NCBI RefSeq assembly: GCF_016432865.1
Contig: NC_067398.1
Location: 83,390,001 to 83,454,000 of the forward strand
Reading direction: 5' to 3'
Length of the DNA: 64,000 bases
DNA from: Antechinus flavipes
Lineage: Eukaryota
Each line of letters starts with the position of its first letter. Position 1 is the stretch's first letter. The translations under genes and the position numbers were made by a program. The notes below the pieces were generated by a model. That model saw nothing but the letters and a program-made list of their open reading frames with translations. It ran no database searches and was not told the DNA's origin. Below, piece after piece: positions 1 through 12,720 of the stretch.

Positions 1-3000
1 TTTCCTAAACTGAAAAATTGATAACAACAATACCTCACAATAACTCACGAAGCTAATATATGTATATAATAATATAATATATTCCTAGCATATAGTAGGA
101 GAAACACTTCCTTATTCCTATCCTGTGTTCATCCAAAGATCATAAAGTATCTTACTAAGGGAGTCTTACCTGGTTTCCTTTCTGGATAGCCAAGCTTAAA
201 GTTACCCAGCAGCATTCACGTTTCCTGGAGGGAAAATGACTAAGCCATGTCCCTTTTTTGTTGTGAAATGGCAGTGGATCCACAGAGTCAAACTTAGAAA
301 AAAATGAAGTCCGTCTGGAGGGTGTTTGTTGTGGCTGTGGAAATCTTTACCTTTCAGAACTCATTTAAGATTATCTCTAAAGAAAAGGCAGTGTGTCCTA
401 TTCCCGGGTTAGCTAAGTAGGGCAGGAATGGCTGGAATGGCCTGAAGAGTATGGCAGGAAGGTTTCTGCAGACTCTCTGAAGAAAGATAAATTAGTCTTT
501 TCCCAACATGGCCTGGCTGATCTTTCTGTCTAAGGGAATTCTGGAGAAAGTTCCCTTTGTTCTATAAACAGGATGCTGCTGTCCATTGCTTTGTAGTCCT
601 GTGCTCTAGGAAAGTTTGGCATTCTTCTATTGTGTCCTGCCCATCCTGCTTCCTGTCCCCACTTCCTTTGATTCCACTCTTCCAATTGGGATCTTGGATC
701 ATGTGTCTCTCCCCTGGGCATAAGAACTGCCCTGCCTGTCTTGCCTTAACTTTTGAAGACTCCAAGCACATGTTTCTGTAGACCTGAGCACAATGCCCTA
801 TACATAGTAAGTGTTTAATAAATATTTATTGAGCTCAATTCTAAACCTCAGAGGAACCTTTCCCTGGTCCAAGAGCATTGAGTCAGCCCTTGATCCTTGG
901 TGTTGCAACTTTCTGCCAACATAACTCTTTGGAGAGTATTGCATCTATCACATGAACAATTTCTTTGCTCCTTCTTTACTTTTTTTTTTCTTTAAGATGG
1001 GAGGAGAAAGGGGGAGGAGAGGAGGCAATTGGAATGATGACTTGCTCAGAGTCCCTTCACTTTTCATTCTGTGCAGTCCCCAATCTGGATCACCATTTAG
1101 CTGTGCACAGAAGGTGATCTCTCAAAGATGAAAAGTAGCAAGCTTTGTTTATGGTAAAAACCTAGCTTCACGAAAGGGCAAAATTTCTCAGTGGGGGTCC
1201 CAGCTTTGTCCCTTTAGCAGTCCTGAGGCCTTGATAAGCATTCTAATTTTCATCCTCCCCTATACTGAGCCTTGGGAAAAATAAGAACGGGTATAAGCTG
1301 CTTACCCATTAAGTTCAAAGGACCACCTCTTTCTCCCATCCCACTCCCACCCCAGAAAAATTCCAGCTGGTACTGAGCTAGAATTGTTGCACTGTAGTAG
1401 AGCTGTAGCTGTCTGACAGGATGGTTCAGTCTGACTTTTAGGGCTGATCATGAGATAGGAAAGGAAATGGTTTTTAAAATTCTCCCAGGATATAGCACTG
1501 GGCAGTGGTGATCTCAGCTTTCATTCCTGACCATCCCCCCCGCCCCATATCAGCCCCCTCCACTATTCTCGCCAGTGTCTGATGTCAACAGGAAATAAGA
1601 CTGATGCAATTGAATGCAAGACCAAGTCAGTGCACATGCTCCAGCCCAGATCCCACCCTTCCTGCCCTGCAGGCTCCACCCTTCCCTCCTTTTCCCTCAC
1701 CATGGAGTGGGAGCTTGGCAAAGAAAGTGTCCAGGATTGACTGTAGGGCATGGGGGAAGGGTCGAGCTGAGATGGCAGGTGCCCAGGCCAATCTCCAATG
1801 TTAGATCATGGGAGTAGTGGTTATGTCATCCAAGCCAGGCCAGCCTAAAAACTCTTCCTTTATGTGTCCTGAATTCAAGGATTTGTCTTATTCTTAGAGC
1901 ATTAGGTATTTGTGAAGTTTTATCTTAATGTGAATAGATTTTGGTGTTTGTATCTTGGGGCATTCGTTGTCACTTCATAGATTTGGGTTTGGCGTATGAG
2001 AGTAAAACACTTTTCTTTTCTGGAGTTGGGTGGTGCTCCTGACACTTACGACAAATTCAGTGGCTGGACTGGAGCCCGCCATCTCCGAGAACTTGATGCT
2101 TTGGGGTGTGGGAGTTGCCCTCTTCCTCCTCACCACAGTTGGTAAACCTTTCATTTTGTACCAACTTCGTCAGAGCCGACCTCGCTGGTTTCCAAGGTTA
2201 ATGATAGGGTAGTAACAACCTGCCACCTCTAAATCTCCTAATGAGTCAGGGCCCCCACCCTACTGCAAGGTTCTTTTCCCAGGAAAAGATGCAGAGTGGG
2301 CTCTGAACTTAACCGTGATCTCTTGGGACACACCCTGCCCCATCACTCCCCGGATCTTGCCTAGACGCTCACCACAGAGTCTGAGAAGCTCAGGACTGAA
2401 TGTAGGAGGGTGTGGAGGTGGGGAGTTAGGACACTAGGATTTAGGGAAGTAAGAAATGGTTTTATTTCAGACCATTGACCCTAACTCTTTGGCCTTATGC
2501 CGTAGATTATCTTCAGCTGAATTTGAATTTGGTCCAACCATTACAGCTCTCAATTGAGCAGTTGCTGCTCCTGCCGGATTCACGGTGTAATCTTAGTTAT
2601 ACAGCTGTGTACTTCTGCCTCTCAGTCACACACCTACTTCCACCCTCTGTCTGGGCAAGAAGGGAGAGCCAATGAGGGTAGGAAATATCTTGGGAAAATT
2701 GCATTGTTTCCATTGAAGCTCAGATATGAAGGGTGAGGATGGTCACCATAAATTATTGCTATATAGCTCAGGAAGGCCATAAACAATCATCAAATACTAG
2801 CTTGCTTTGTGTATAACATAGTGCTGGATCCCAGGATAGTATACACAGAACAGGGGAATTGATAAATCTGGGAGAGAAATCTGGCCACAATATTGAAAGT
2901 ACAAGTTTCAATTCTCATTTTCAAGATTTGCTGTTACCTTTTTAGTAGTCCTAAAGTTAGAGAGTTAAAGCTACTCCAACCCTGTCATTTAACTCCCTGA

Positions 3001-3092
3001 AATTTAAGGTCAAACAGTGAGTACCAGAGGTAGGCTTCAAACCCAGTTCTTGTTACTTAATATCATGTATATGACAAAGTATTCTTCCCTAG

Positions 3093-3197
3093 GATGAGCC
3101 ACTCGAGTGGGAGAAACCAGTCCTGTCTCAAACTGAGATTGAGCAGAAGATCAAGGAGTACAATAGCCAGATCAACAGTAACCTCTTCATGAGCCTG
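3093..3197 (+). CDS. RASSF1: RASSF1 internal coding exon (ATM-site exon), DEPLEWEKPVLSQTEIEQKIKEYNSQINSNLFMSL
   Basis: 105-nt exon with AG (3091-3092) and GT (3198); translation matches the RASSF1 motif WETPDLSQAEIEQKIKEYNAQINSNLFMSL. Earlier RASSF1A/C exons lie upstream of the window. Confidence 0.96.
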
Positions 3198-3543
3198 GTA
3201 AGCCCTGGAGTGGGGAGGAATTTAGACAAGGGCAGAGAGAGAGGTCTCTTCCTCCAGCCCGAGGTCACAAAACCTTGTTTTTCTTTTTCTTTTTCTTTCT
3301 TTTTTTTTTTTAATTAAAGGCATTCATACTTAAGTGATTTGCCCAGGGTCACACAGCTAATAAGTATCTGAAGCTGGATTTGAATCCAGGTTTTCTGACT
3401 CCTGGCAGGTGCTCTGTCCCCTGCATCATCGACCTGCCCCCATTTTATTTACTGAGTAAACAAGTATTTACTGGTACTTAGCTTGAACTCTCCTCTATGC
3501 ACCGCTGCAGTATGTCCTAGCATCCTGTCTCTCCTTTCCCCAG

Positions 3544-3841
3544 AACAAGGACGGCTCCTATACTGGTTTCATCAAGGTACAGTTGAAACTTGTGCGTCCG
3601 GTGTCTGTGCCCGCTACCAAGAAGCCCCCTACCCTGCAGGATGCCAAGCGAACCGCTGGGAAGAATCAGGCCGTGAAGCGCCGTACCTCCTTTTACCTCC
3701 CCAAAGACACAGTCAAACACCTGCATGTGTTGTCACGAACACGGGCCCGAGAGGTCATTGAGGCGCTGCTCCGAAAGTTCCTGGTGGTAGATAACCCCCG
3801 GAAATTTGCCTTATTTGAGCGTGCAGAACGTCATGACCAAG
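3544..3841 (+). CDS. RASSF1: RASSF1 coding exon, start of the Ras-association domain (NKDGSYTGFIKVQLKLVRPVSVP...FALFERAERHDQ)
   Basis: 298-nt exon with CAG acceptor and GT donor at 3842; frame continuous with neighbouring exons; ORF track 3583..3900 covers it and then reads into the intron. Confidence 0.97.
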
Positions 3842-4053
3842 GTAGACAACTGCCCCAGCTCCCTTTTCTCCTCCCGATTCCTTTGCTGTATTTCCATTAA
3901 CATCCCTTCCCAGAAAAGTGACTCATTTACAGTGGGCTCTTCCTCACTGCACGAAGGCATGAGGGAGTGGGCTGGGTTGATGCGGTTCGATCCTTGATGA
4001 TCTTTAGAGCCCTGGCTCTAAAAATGGGACCCTTCTGTGATTGTGCCCTACAG

Positions 4054-4169
4054 TGTACCTGCGAAAGCTGTCGGATGACGAGCAGCCCTTGCGCTTACGG
4101 CTGCTCGCAGGGCCCAGTGAAAAAGCTTTGAGTTTTGTCCTAAAGGAAAATGAGACTGGGGATGTCAAC
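4054..4169 (+). CDS. RASSF1: RASSF1 coding exon (VYLRKLSDDEQPLRLRLLAGPSEKALSFVLKENETGDVN)
   Basis: 116 nt, CAG/GTGAGT boundaries, phase compatible with the previous exon. Confidence 0.97.
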
Positions 4170-4664
4170 GTGAGTATTGAGTCTGCTCAGTCACAGGCCT
4201 ACGGGTGTCTTAGGCCCCATCCTATGGTCTGTGGTGATGGAACCCAGACCATTTCCACACATCCGGGATCCCAAGGTCCAGGATCATCACATTCCCTTGG
4301 GCTGTAGCTCAAATGAGATTTGGCTGGGGGGGAGGAGGAGGGAAAATAGTGGGGGGAATGCCATAAAGTGGGACAAAGTAAGCTACAGCAAAAGCTGGGC
4401 TAAAAGGTGCTCCGCACCTATCTGTGTGTGAAGGCCACCATTTAAAAAATGTGTATATGTGTGTGTGTATATATACATATACACATATGTATGAATAAAT
4501 ATACACTTATACACACAAACATATTAAAGTTTACTTTGGGATGGACCTGGCTTTCTGGAAGGATAGGGCTTTTTCATGGCTGCATGAATTGGAAACAATT
4601 GGGCCTAGGGAGAAGTGTTAATGGGGCTTCGATCATATCACTCTGTTTCTCTCTTTACCCTCAG

Positions 4665-4811
4665 TGGGACGCCTTCAGCATGCCTGAGTTACATAATTTC
4701 CTTCGGATCCTTCAACGGGAAGAAGAGGAACACGTGCGACAAATCCTCCAGAAGTACTCTCGTTGCCGCCAGAAGATGCAGGAAGCACTAGGAGCCCGCC
4801 CTTTGGGATGA
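4665..4811 (+). CDS. RASSF1: RASSF1 last coding exon, SARAH domain (WDAFSMPELHNFLRILQREEEEHVRQILQKYSRCRQKMQEALGARPLG*)
   Basis: Pyrimidine tract plus CAG at 4662-4664; SARAH motif; TGA at 4809-4811. Confidence 0.97.
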   Translation, partial: WDAFSMPELHNFLRILQREEEEHVRQILQKYSRCRQKMQEALGARPLG

Positions 4812-5865
4812 CCCCCCTCCCCATCTCCTTCTTGACCCGACTTGAGGGTCAGGTTGCTTAAAGGCTTCGAGAGGTCACCAGGCCGAATGGATGGGGGGTG
4901 GCGGGGGGGCAGCACCGAATGGATGTCATATGAATGTGTCGGGCCTGAGGAGTGAGTGTGTGTGGAGGCTTCCCAACTGAGGGGGAGCCAGCTAGGTGTG
5001 TGGGGACATGGGATGTCCTTGATGTAGCATCGTGGCTGCTACTCTGGAATGACAGCGACTAAAGAGCTCTCTTGTAAAATAGAGCTAGAACAGAAGAGTC
5101 CCTGGGGCTCATTGTGACACATCTGGGAGGGGGGCTGGGACAGGGCTCAGAGAGGACAATCTTGGATTGGGCATTCTCTGTTCCCTCTGCCCACCACCCC
5201 CAGAAAGTCCCCTCTACCGCGAGAACACCAAGGCGGCAGCTCTCGCGGAGAGCTCCCAGGCGGCCAACATCTGTATAGCTCAAGGCTGAGCTCGAGCATT
5301 GCTCTATATTCTGTTGGCTTGCTTCAGAGACATTGTGCTGGCCCACGCTGAACACAGCCGAGACACAGTCTCATTAGGGGTAAAATAGCTTCAGCTAAAC
5401 ACAGTGACTCGCTGAGGTCCATTAGTTTTTATGACTCCGTGGGACCAGCCCCACTAAAACAGAACAATTGGGAGCTTAAGATGTATAGGGACCCTTGGGT
5501 ATACAGGGAATAAAATGGATTTGACTTCAGTGATCACCTTTGGAGATCGAATCCAGCAAGCACCTCCATTAGGAGGACAAGATTGCTGGCTGGAGGTGCA
5601 GTCATGGTGAATGAGGGGGTTCAAAAGGATCCTAGATGGCAAAAAGAGCTTCATTATTGCTGCTAGGCTCTGAGGGCGTGGCCATTCACCCCAGGTGCTA
5701 ACCAGAGTGAGGGTATTTCCCTCACAAGTATTTGTCATGGTCTGTATGTTTCTTGATCTCAGCTGAGTGACTCCCAGGTGGAGATGATAGAATGTGTGGG
5801 ACCTGTGGATGACTGCTGGGTGTGTCACAAAAAAAGGGCCTGGGGCCCAAGAGGAATCCTGTAAT

Positions 5866-5871
5866 AATAAA
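5866..5871 (+). terminator. Candidate RASSF1 polyadenylation signal AATAAA (alternative at 5509-5514)
   Basis: Canonical hexamers downstream of the stop; usage not testable from sequence. Confidence 0.4.
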
Positions 5872-7557
5872 GCTTGGGCCAATCATTCTACCTTCACAAT
5901 CTCTCTGTACTGGTATTCATTCCGCAAATATTTATGTAGTGCTTACTGTGTGTATGAATATTAGTAGTGCTGGTTTTTAAAAATGTTTTATTGATGCTTC
6001 CCTCACCTTTATTATATCACTGTCCCACTGCCACTAACCTCCACCCAATTTCCTTTGTAATAAAATAAGTATAATAGAGCAAAACTAAACCATATTTGGG
6101 CCATGTTGGAAAATGTATGATAATTCTACAGCTATAGTCCATTGCCTCTTCTAAGATTGACTGAAAGCAGTTGAGTGAGTGTCCCAGATAAAGAGCTCAG
6201 ATAATATATGATGCCTTTTTCTTCTTGGAACTTTAGGGTTTGCCTTGAATACAAATAATTTTATGACATTATGGATATGTAAATGTATTGCAGTATTATG
6301 TTGTAATCCTATAAGAAATGACTGAAAAAATGTTAGGCATTTAAACACTATGTGCCAAACACTGGAAATATAATAAATTCAAAATTAAGCCATAGTCTAC
6401 CCTCAAGAAGTTTATGTTCAAATGAGGAAGACCATGAACTTAGGGTATTGGTAGCCAGAGCAGGGAGATAGGGTCTGGGAAGTAGAGCATCCTGGTGAAT
6501 GGGAACAGTAGGGCTGTCACTTTATCTGACCCTTCTAATAATGATGATGGAGGGGAGAGTCACATAACAGGAAGGTAGAAAATCACCAGGTTTGGATTTT
6601 TTTCCAGGAGCCAGGAAAGACTTAATCAGGGGTGCAGAACTTCTGGACCACAAAATCATTTGCTAAACCTACTACAAACTATAATGAGCTGAAAGCTAGC
6701 TACAATAACCTCCTACTGCTTGGAAGATCTTTGACATAGCACAGTCCCTGGCACAGAAAGTCCTTAATAAAAATGTTAAAATTCATTCAAGTAAAAACAG
6801 GGATTCAACAACTGATTGGCTATGTTAGATAAGTATAAATGAGAAATCAAAGGCGACACCATTCTTTCCACAGTAATAGGGGACATTTGGAAGTAGGATG
6901 GCTTTGAATGTGAAAGATAATGAGTCCCTCTTGGGCTTATTGAGAACCCAGGAGACTGCTAGTCTGAAATGTTCAGTGTGCAGTAGGTGATGCAGGGCTG
7001 GAGCTCAGGACAGACTAGGATTAGGTACATAAATTTGGGAGTCATATAAATAGTAATGATAATTAAGCCCATAGGAATTGATCAGATCATCAAATGAGAG
7101 AAGGGAAGTAAATAAAAGGGAACTCGAACTCCAGGGAGAAGGTAACCAACCAACAGCTGAATTGAAGGCTCTATCCCAGGCAGAAAAACTGATCTTTTTT
7201 TCCTGTTACCATAAGTAGAACTCATCTAAAAAATCCAGTGTGGGACAAGAGTAGGGGAATCCTTAATATTGTAGCTGGAATGTCTAGCATCCAGGAGGGA
7301 GCAGAGATTAATACACTTCAGCCAGATGCAGATACTTCAAACAGCTTCCAGGAATCAGACCTCTAGCAGCAAAGAAAACTGACTATGATGGAGTAGAGAG
7401 CTAGTTCTGGCAATAAGACGGTTGAGCTGAGGAGAGGTGTATACTCAGGGGAGCCCAGCTGAGTCATCCATCTAGTAGAGATGCTATCCCTTGGGAGATG
7501 CTTTATGGGGAAACCAAAAAAAGAGATGAAATCAATAACCAACAGCACCAGAGAAGT

Positions 7558-7686
7558 GAGTCATTTGGACCAAATGTGTCCCCTGTATTCTTTAATACCA
7601 CTGTCTCTTTAGTTTGGGCCCATTCTTTTCATAGGTAAACTCTGTATTTATGGGAAAATGTGCCCCAGGTTTATGGGGCTTCTATT
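7558..7686 (+). repeat. ~128-bp direct repeat, copy 1 (copy 2 at 9268-9394)
   Basis: Both copies start gagtcatttggaccaaatgtg and share an identical 44-nt end tgtatttatgggaaaatgtgccccaggtttatggggcttctatt. Confidence 0.9.
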
Positions 7687-9267
7687 CTTACTAAACATTT
7701 TTTGGCAAATGTCATTGCTTTAAGCTAATCTTATCTATTGATGCACTACTGATGGGAAGAGGGGGCTCCTCAGTCAAAATTTCCCGCTGCTGTGCAGTCT
7801 ACTCCTTGCATGTAGGGGTAGTTACAGCTCCCTGAGGAGTAGCCCAGAGTGGGAGTGAAATAGTTACCATGGGGGCATAATAGGGGGTTGTGAATAACAA
7901 TGTGTCTTTGTTTAAACAAATAGAAATATTTCACTAATCCAAGCCTGTCTTTGGTATCTGATCAACTTTGTAAGCTTGTTCAGAGTGCAACAGAATTGTG
8001 GCCTTTTGCCTAAATGAACTATTATTCTAACATAATGTGTTATACTCAGAATTGAAACTGAAACTCTATTAATGAAAACCAAAACAACCCTAACAGCTAA
8101 GCTTTATAGTCTGAAAAGAAAAAAAAAAAAAAACAACTTAAAATTCTACTCCTAAAATAGATAAAATAAAAAGGTCATCATGGCTATCCAGACATTTAAA
8201 ATGTAAGCTTTTACAACCAAAAATTGATTTATCTAGAAAAATCCTCATTTTTGCATGCTTAAATTTGGAGACATAATTTTCTAATCTTTAAAAATCTCCC
8301 AAATCTTAGAAGAGTTTCAGTGAGTTTTGAACTTATTTCTTAAAAGTATAAAAATGCAACATTTTCTGATTAGTTTCCGAGAACTACTTAACTCAAGACA
8401 GAGATTTCCTTGTCTAATTTCAACAAAAATCTTTCACAATTGGTGAGTGGGATTGAAAAATGAGTATCATGATTTACTAAGTGTTTCCAATGATACAAAA
8501 CTTCCACATCTTATTTAGCTATAACCATCATGAATATCAAATAGAGAAGTAAATTGATCATTAAAAAATAATCTTCTGAATCACTATCAAACTGTTAAAT
8601 CCAAGATTTTCAAAAATAAGGAAACATTTAATTACATTGCTCACTAGAAATTATTATAATTTTTTATTTTTATAATTATATTGTTCATTTAATTTTTATT
8701 TAAAATGTCTCTAAAACGTTTGTTTTGAGGGATGTTTTATATATGTGTGTGTGTGTGTATATTTGAGGTCCTTGGTAGCTAGGTGGGCACTGACAGAGAG
8801 CCTGAATTATAATATACAATCTGGAAGTCCTGATCCTCCAAGAAGAGAGGAGCACTGATAGGCTCATAAGTGGACCTTTTGTTCTTAAGTTCCTTGCACT
8901 GACAAAATCATCATAATCCAAGTTTATTATATCCCCGGCCAAGTTATGATGTTAAACCCTGGAAGCTTTATTTCTCCTATAAAAGAACTAACTAGCTAAT
9001 TCCTTTTTGGGGTTAGTCTGCTTAAACATCACAATAGCTAATGTCCTTAGTGTTGCGGTTACTGGGTGATATCAGACTATCCGTGTATCAGACCACCAAA
9101 ATGATGGGACACTGGGGTGAGGGGGGTGATTCCTCCCAAGTATATTGGGGTTACAGGAGGGTGTCATGGATTGTCTCAAAAGAACATAGCCTTCGACCTC
9201 CTTCAAATCAAGGGGCAAAGACCTTATTATTTTGCTAATAATGGACTAAATCTAAGTTTTTAGCAAG

Positions 9268-9394
9268 GAGTCATTTGGACCAAATGTGGCCCCTGTACGT
9301 GTTCCTTAATACTGTCTCTATTGGGGCTCATTCTTCTCATGAGTTATCTGTGTATTTATGGGAAAATGTGCCCCAGGTTTATGGGGCTTCTATT
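9268..9394 (+). repeat. ~128-bp direct repeat, copy 2
   Basis: See copy 1 at 7558-7686. Confidence 0.9.
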
Positions 9395-10289
9395 TGGGTA
9401 AACAAACAGAAATACGTGTGCGGGCCACACACATGGTAGTTAATTACAGAAGACACTTTCAAATGCAGCGCCCCTGACTTCAGCTCTAGCATCCCACGCC
9501 TACGCTGGTCCAGGCTGGAGTTTCTTTCCAAGTTGCTCTGGATGCTTCCATCGATTCTCTAGCAACGAACAAGGGGCCTGAGATGCCATGAAGGTGTGAC
9601 AAGTGAGGGGGAGCGCGGTAGCTAACCCCAAGAGACCCATGCAGATGACTTGTAAATAAGCCTATGAATATTGCAGGGGCACACTCAAAAACGTTTTTAC
9701 TGCTCACAAAACCTCGTCAAAAAGCCGGCAGTTCGGGGCATTTACAATCCGTTCCGTAATTAGAACTAGAAGAGAGAAAGCCTTCGTTTTACACCTGTGG
9801 AAATCCGGGTCCTCACACTTTAACCGACGTGTCCAAGATCCCAAAGGCGAAACTACGACTGATAACCATTATTACTGCCGTCACCGCCAAACATTCCCAG
9901 GAATAACTAGAACCTAAAGCATTTTAAGCCTTGCAAAAGGCGGCACGAGGATCTCATCTGATTGTTACCACTCTGGGGGCTAAGCGCTGTTATTACTCCC
10001 ATTTAGGGGAAAAACTAAAGCAGATTCAGGTTAACGATCTGCCTTGGGACACAGACGCACGTGAATTACAGAGACACTGTCAGATTCCGGTCCCCTGGCT
10101 TCAGATCTAGCGCCGGCCCGGCAGGTTCCTCTGGAGGCTTCTATCCATTCTCTAACCAATGGCGACTTCCAAAGCCCAGTGGCAGGCCCTGGGAGGGGGG
10201 AGGGGGAGAGTACACCCTCGTGCACCTTATGTCTAAGAAGTCACAAATAGGCATAAGGCACTGCTGAGGCCATTAAAGAAGCGGGATGT

Positions 10290-11420
10290 TAGGGGCGGCT
10301 AAGTGGCGCAGGGGACAGAACACCGGCCCAGAAGTCAGGAGGACCTGAGTGACCTCGGATACTTAACACTTCCTATTTCCGGACTCCCCCCCCCCCCGCA
10401 ATACTCTAAACGCACCCCCAACTTTGGGTTTCTTTGGAATTGTAGTGCCCCGAAACGCAAACAATCCTCCTTCTGACAGCAAGCAGGCAAGAGAGTATCT
10501 CCTGGGCACGCTTGAAGTCACACCAGTGCCAAGGCTAGGAATGCTGGGACTTGAAGTTCACTTAGCTCTAACGCGAGCGTAGCATACTGGGATGTGAAGT
10601 CTTTCGGAAGCACTTAGTTTTGCAGTCGCAGTGTACGCCGGGATCCTTAATATCCGAGGATCATCATTGGCCGCGGCTCTCGGCCTGACAGCCATAATTG
10701 CCAATAGATGAGCGAGGGCGGAGCATAGCCGTTTGAGGCGGCACAGGAAGTGAAGCTACTTCCGTTCGGTCCTAGTCAGAATCGGTCCGTCAGCGAGAGC
10801 TGGGCCGACTGTTGGAGGGCGCTGTGAGGCGCGGGGCTCCGCGATGTTCCGCGGGCCCTAACATGGGCACCAGCGGCTCCAAAGGCCGGGGGCTGTGGCC
10901 CTTCTCGGCGCCAGCGGCGGCCACGGGGCCGGGAGGCAGCCCCGAGCTCACCGACGCGGCCCGAGCCCAGCACGCCTTGGCTCGGGCTCGGGGCTTCCGT
11001 ACCGCGCCGCCCTTCGTGTTCACCCGTCGAGGGTAAGGGCTTGGCGGGGAGGCGGCCTCCGGACTTAGCTGCAGCGGGCTGTCGGGCTTAAGAAGGGAGG
11101 CGGGTGGGCAGGTCCTTCCCCGCAGAGGCTGGGACGTGCACCCCCCGGGTAGCCGTCGGGCCTCAGTCACAAGGCTCGGTTTTCACGTCTTGGCCTAGGG
11201 AGGAGAAGGGAAGAATCGCGGGCCTCTATGTCCGACTGTCGGAAAAAGACTCTGGCGCCTGGCGGTCGAGTCCCAATCTCGGGCACTGATGTCCGTGGCT
11301 TGTTTGGGGGAAGAAGGGGGCGGGGAAATCGAACCTTGGGCTCTGGGTAACGGTTTCTTTGGAGAACCGAGGCCCAGAGAAAAGTAGTGTGGCCCTCGCT
11401 ATCCTTAGCCGGCTGGCCGA
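10290..11420 (+). promoter_or_regulatory. TUSC2 CpG-island promoter with ETS (caggaagtg, cttccg), CCAAT, GC-box and three ZNF143/THAP11-like motifs
   Basis: High CpG density around the TUSC2 ATG; motifs read directly from the sequence. Confidence 0.85.
10863..11032 (+). CDS. TUSC2: TUSC2 (FUS1) coding exon 1, MGTSGSKGRGLWPFS...PPFVFTRRG; N-myristoylation motif MGxxxS retained
   Basis: MG.SGSK.RGLWPF and PPFVFTRRG match TUSC2; donor GG|GTAAGG at 11032/11033. Confidence 0.96.
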
Positions 11421-11639
11421 GGCTTCCCAGGGGATTCCTAAGAAAGGATCTCATGGTTGTAAGCTGGAGTCGGGACCCGAGTTTGAATTGTGGCTCGGTT
11501 ATCTACCACGTGTGTGACCTTGGACAAATCACTTTCTCTCAGAGAGTTCCGGAGACTAGGAGCTGGAAAATGTATGGTCAGGTGGGCATAACCAAAGAAT
11601 GGCGGAAGAAAAGCACTATGAAATATTCAGGTGGGAAGG

Positions 11640-12720
11640 CGGTTGTATTTTAACCTAAAGTCATGACAGCTATTGAGCGAGGTGATGACATAGGCAAACC
11701 TATTTTAGGAATATTAATTTGGCAGCGCTGTGTAGGATGAATTGGAGAGGGGAGAGGCCAGAAGCAGGGAGAACATTGAGGGAATGTTCCATTAGTCTAG
11801 ACCACTAGTCTGCAAACTTTGCTGATTCCTATTGGTAAATTTTTGAGATGTCTCCCCATATATGTAACATTTTAATTATATGTATACTACTGATCTAATA
11901 ATTGTACATTATAAAACTTAAAACAAAAATTGAAGCTAATATGGGGAAGAAAGATGAAATAGTATGAGATTCTGGAGTTTGAGTAGGAGGATGGTATGAT
12001 TTGACACATGGATAGGAAAATCTCTTTGGCAGCTCTAGATTTGAGATGAGTTAGGAACCTATTGCAGTCCAGGCAGAAGATGATAAAAGTCGGAACTAGT
12101 GTGGTGGCTACAAGAGAAAGGGACAGGTGAGAAATGTAAGTAGAAATCACAAGATTTGGCAACCGTTTTAGATGGATGGTGTGAATAGGAGTGAGAAGCT
12201 GAATGACAGCAGTTTCCAGATCTGCATGACTAGGAAAATGGTGGTACCCTCGACAGGAATAGAGAAGTTTGGAGAAAAGGGTTTGAGGAGAAAGATAAGG
12301 CCTGTTTTGGACTCGTTGCATTTCAGATAACTGTGGGCAATTACTGATGTGGTCATGCAATTCAGGAAAGTGCTCAGACCTGGACATATCAAATGAATGT
12401 AGAGGGAGAAGAGATAGGGAATTATCTTCAGAGGGCATGACCAAGGAGCTGTTAGACTAGGAAAAGAACCAAGAAAGATCGGTTTCACTCCCCTCCAGAG
12501 AAGAGATACTGTCCAAGAAGAGGAGATAGTCAGTGGTGTAAAATGCTGTAGAGGCAGACGCAAGAAGGATAAAGATTGAGAGAAGGCCATTAGACTTGCC
12601 AATTGTGAAGTCTTTGATAACTTTGAAGAGAATAGTTTCAGTGGACTGAAGAATCGAGGATAAAAAGGAATTTGAGAATCTGGGAGATAGAAAAGATGGT
12701 GATCGCTCATTCTTTCCTAT
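11640..12720 (-). mobile_element. Ancient LINE-2 fragment(s)
   Basis: Minus-strand decayed RT C-terminal remnant (LKCNESKTGLIFL, cf. L2 LKLNMSKTEL); boundaries approximate. Confidence 0.65.

Noticed and set aside
1-3092. RASSF1A or RASSF1C upstream exons
   Set aside because: No C1-domain or MGEAEAPSFEMTW-like frame and no CpG island found; the region appears intronic.
9465-9484. CTCF site (cagcgcccctgac)
   Set aside because: Only half of the consensus matches.
10293-10370. tRNA gene upstream of TUSC2
   Set aside because: It is the tRNA-derived head of a marsupial SINE and does not fold into a cloverleaf.
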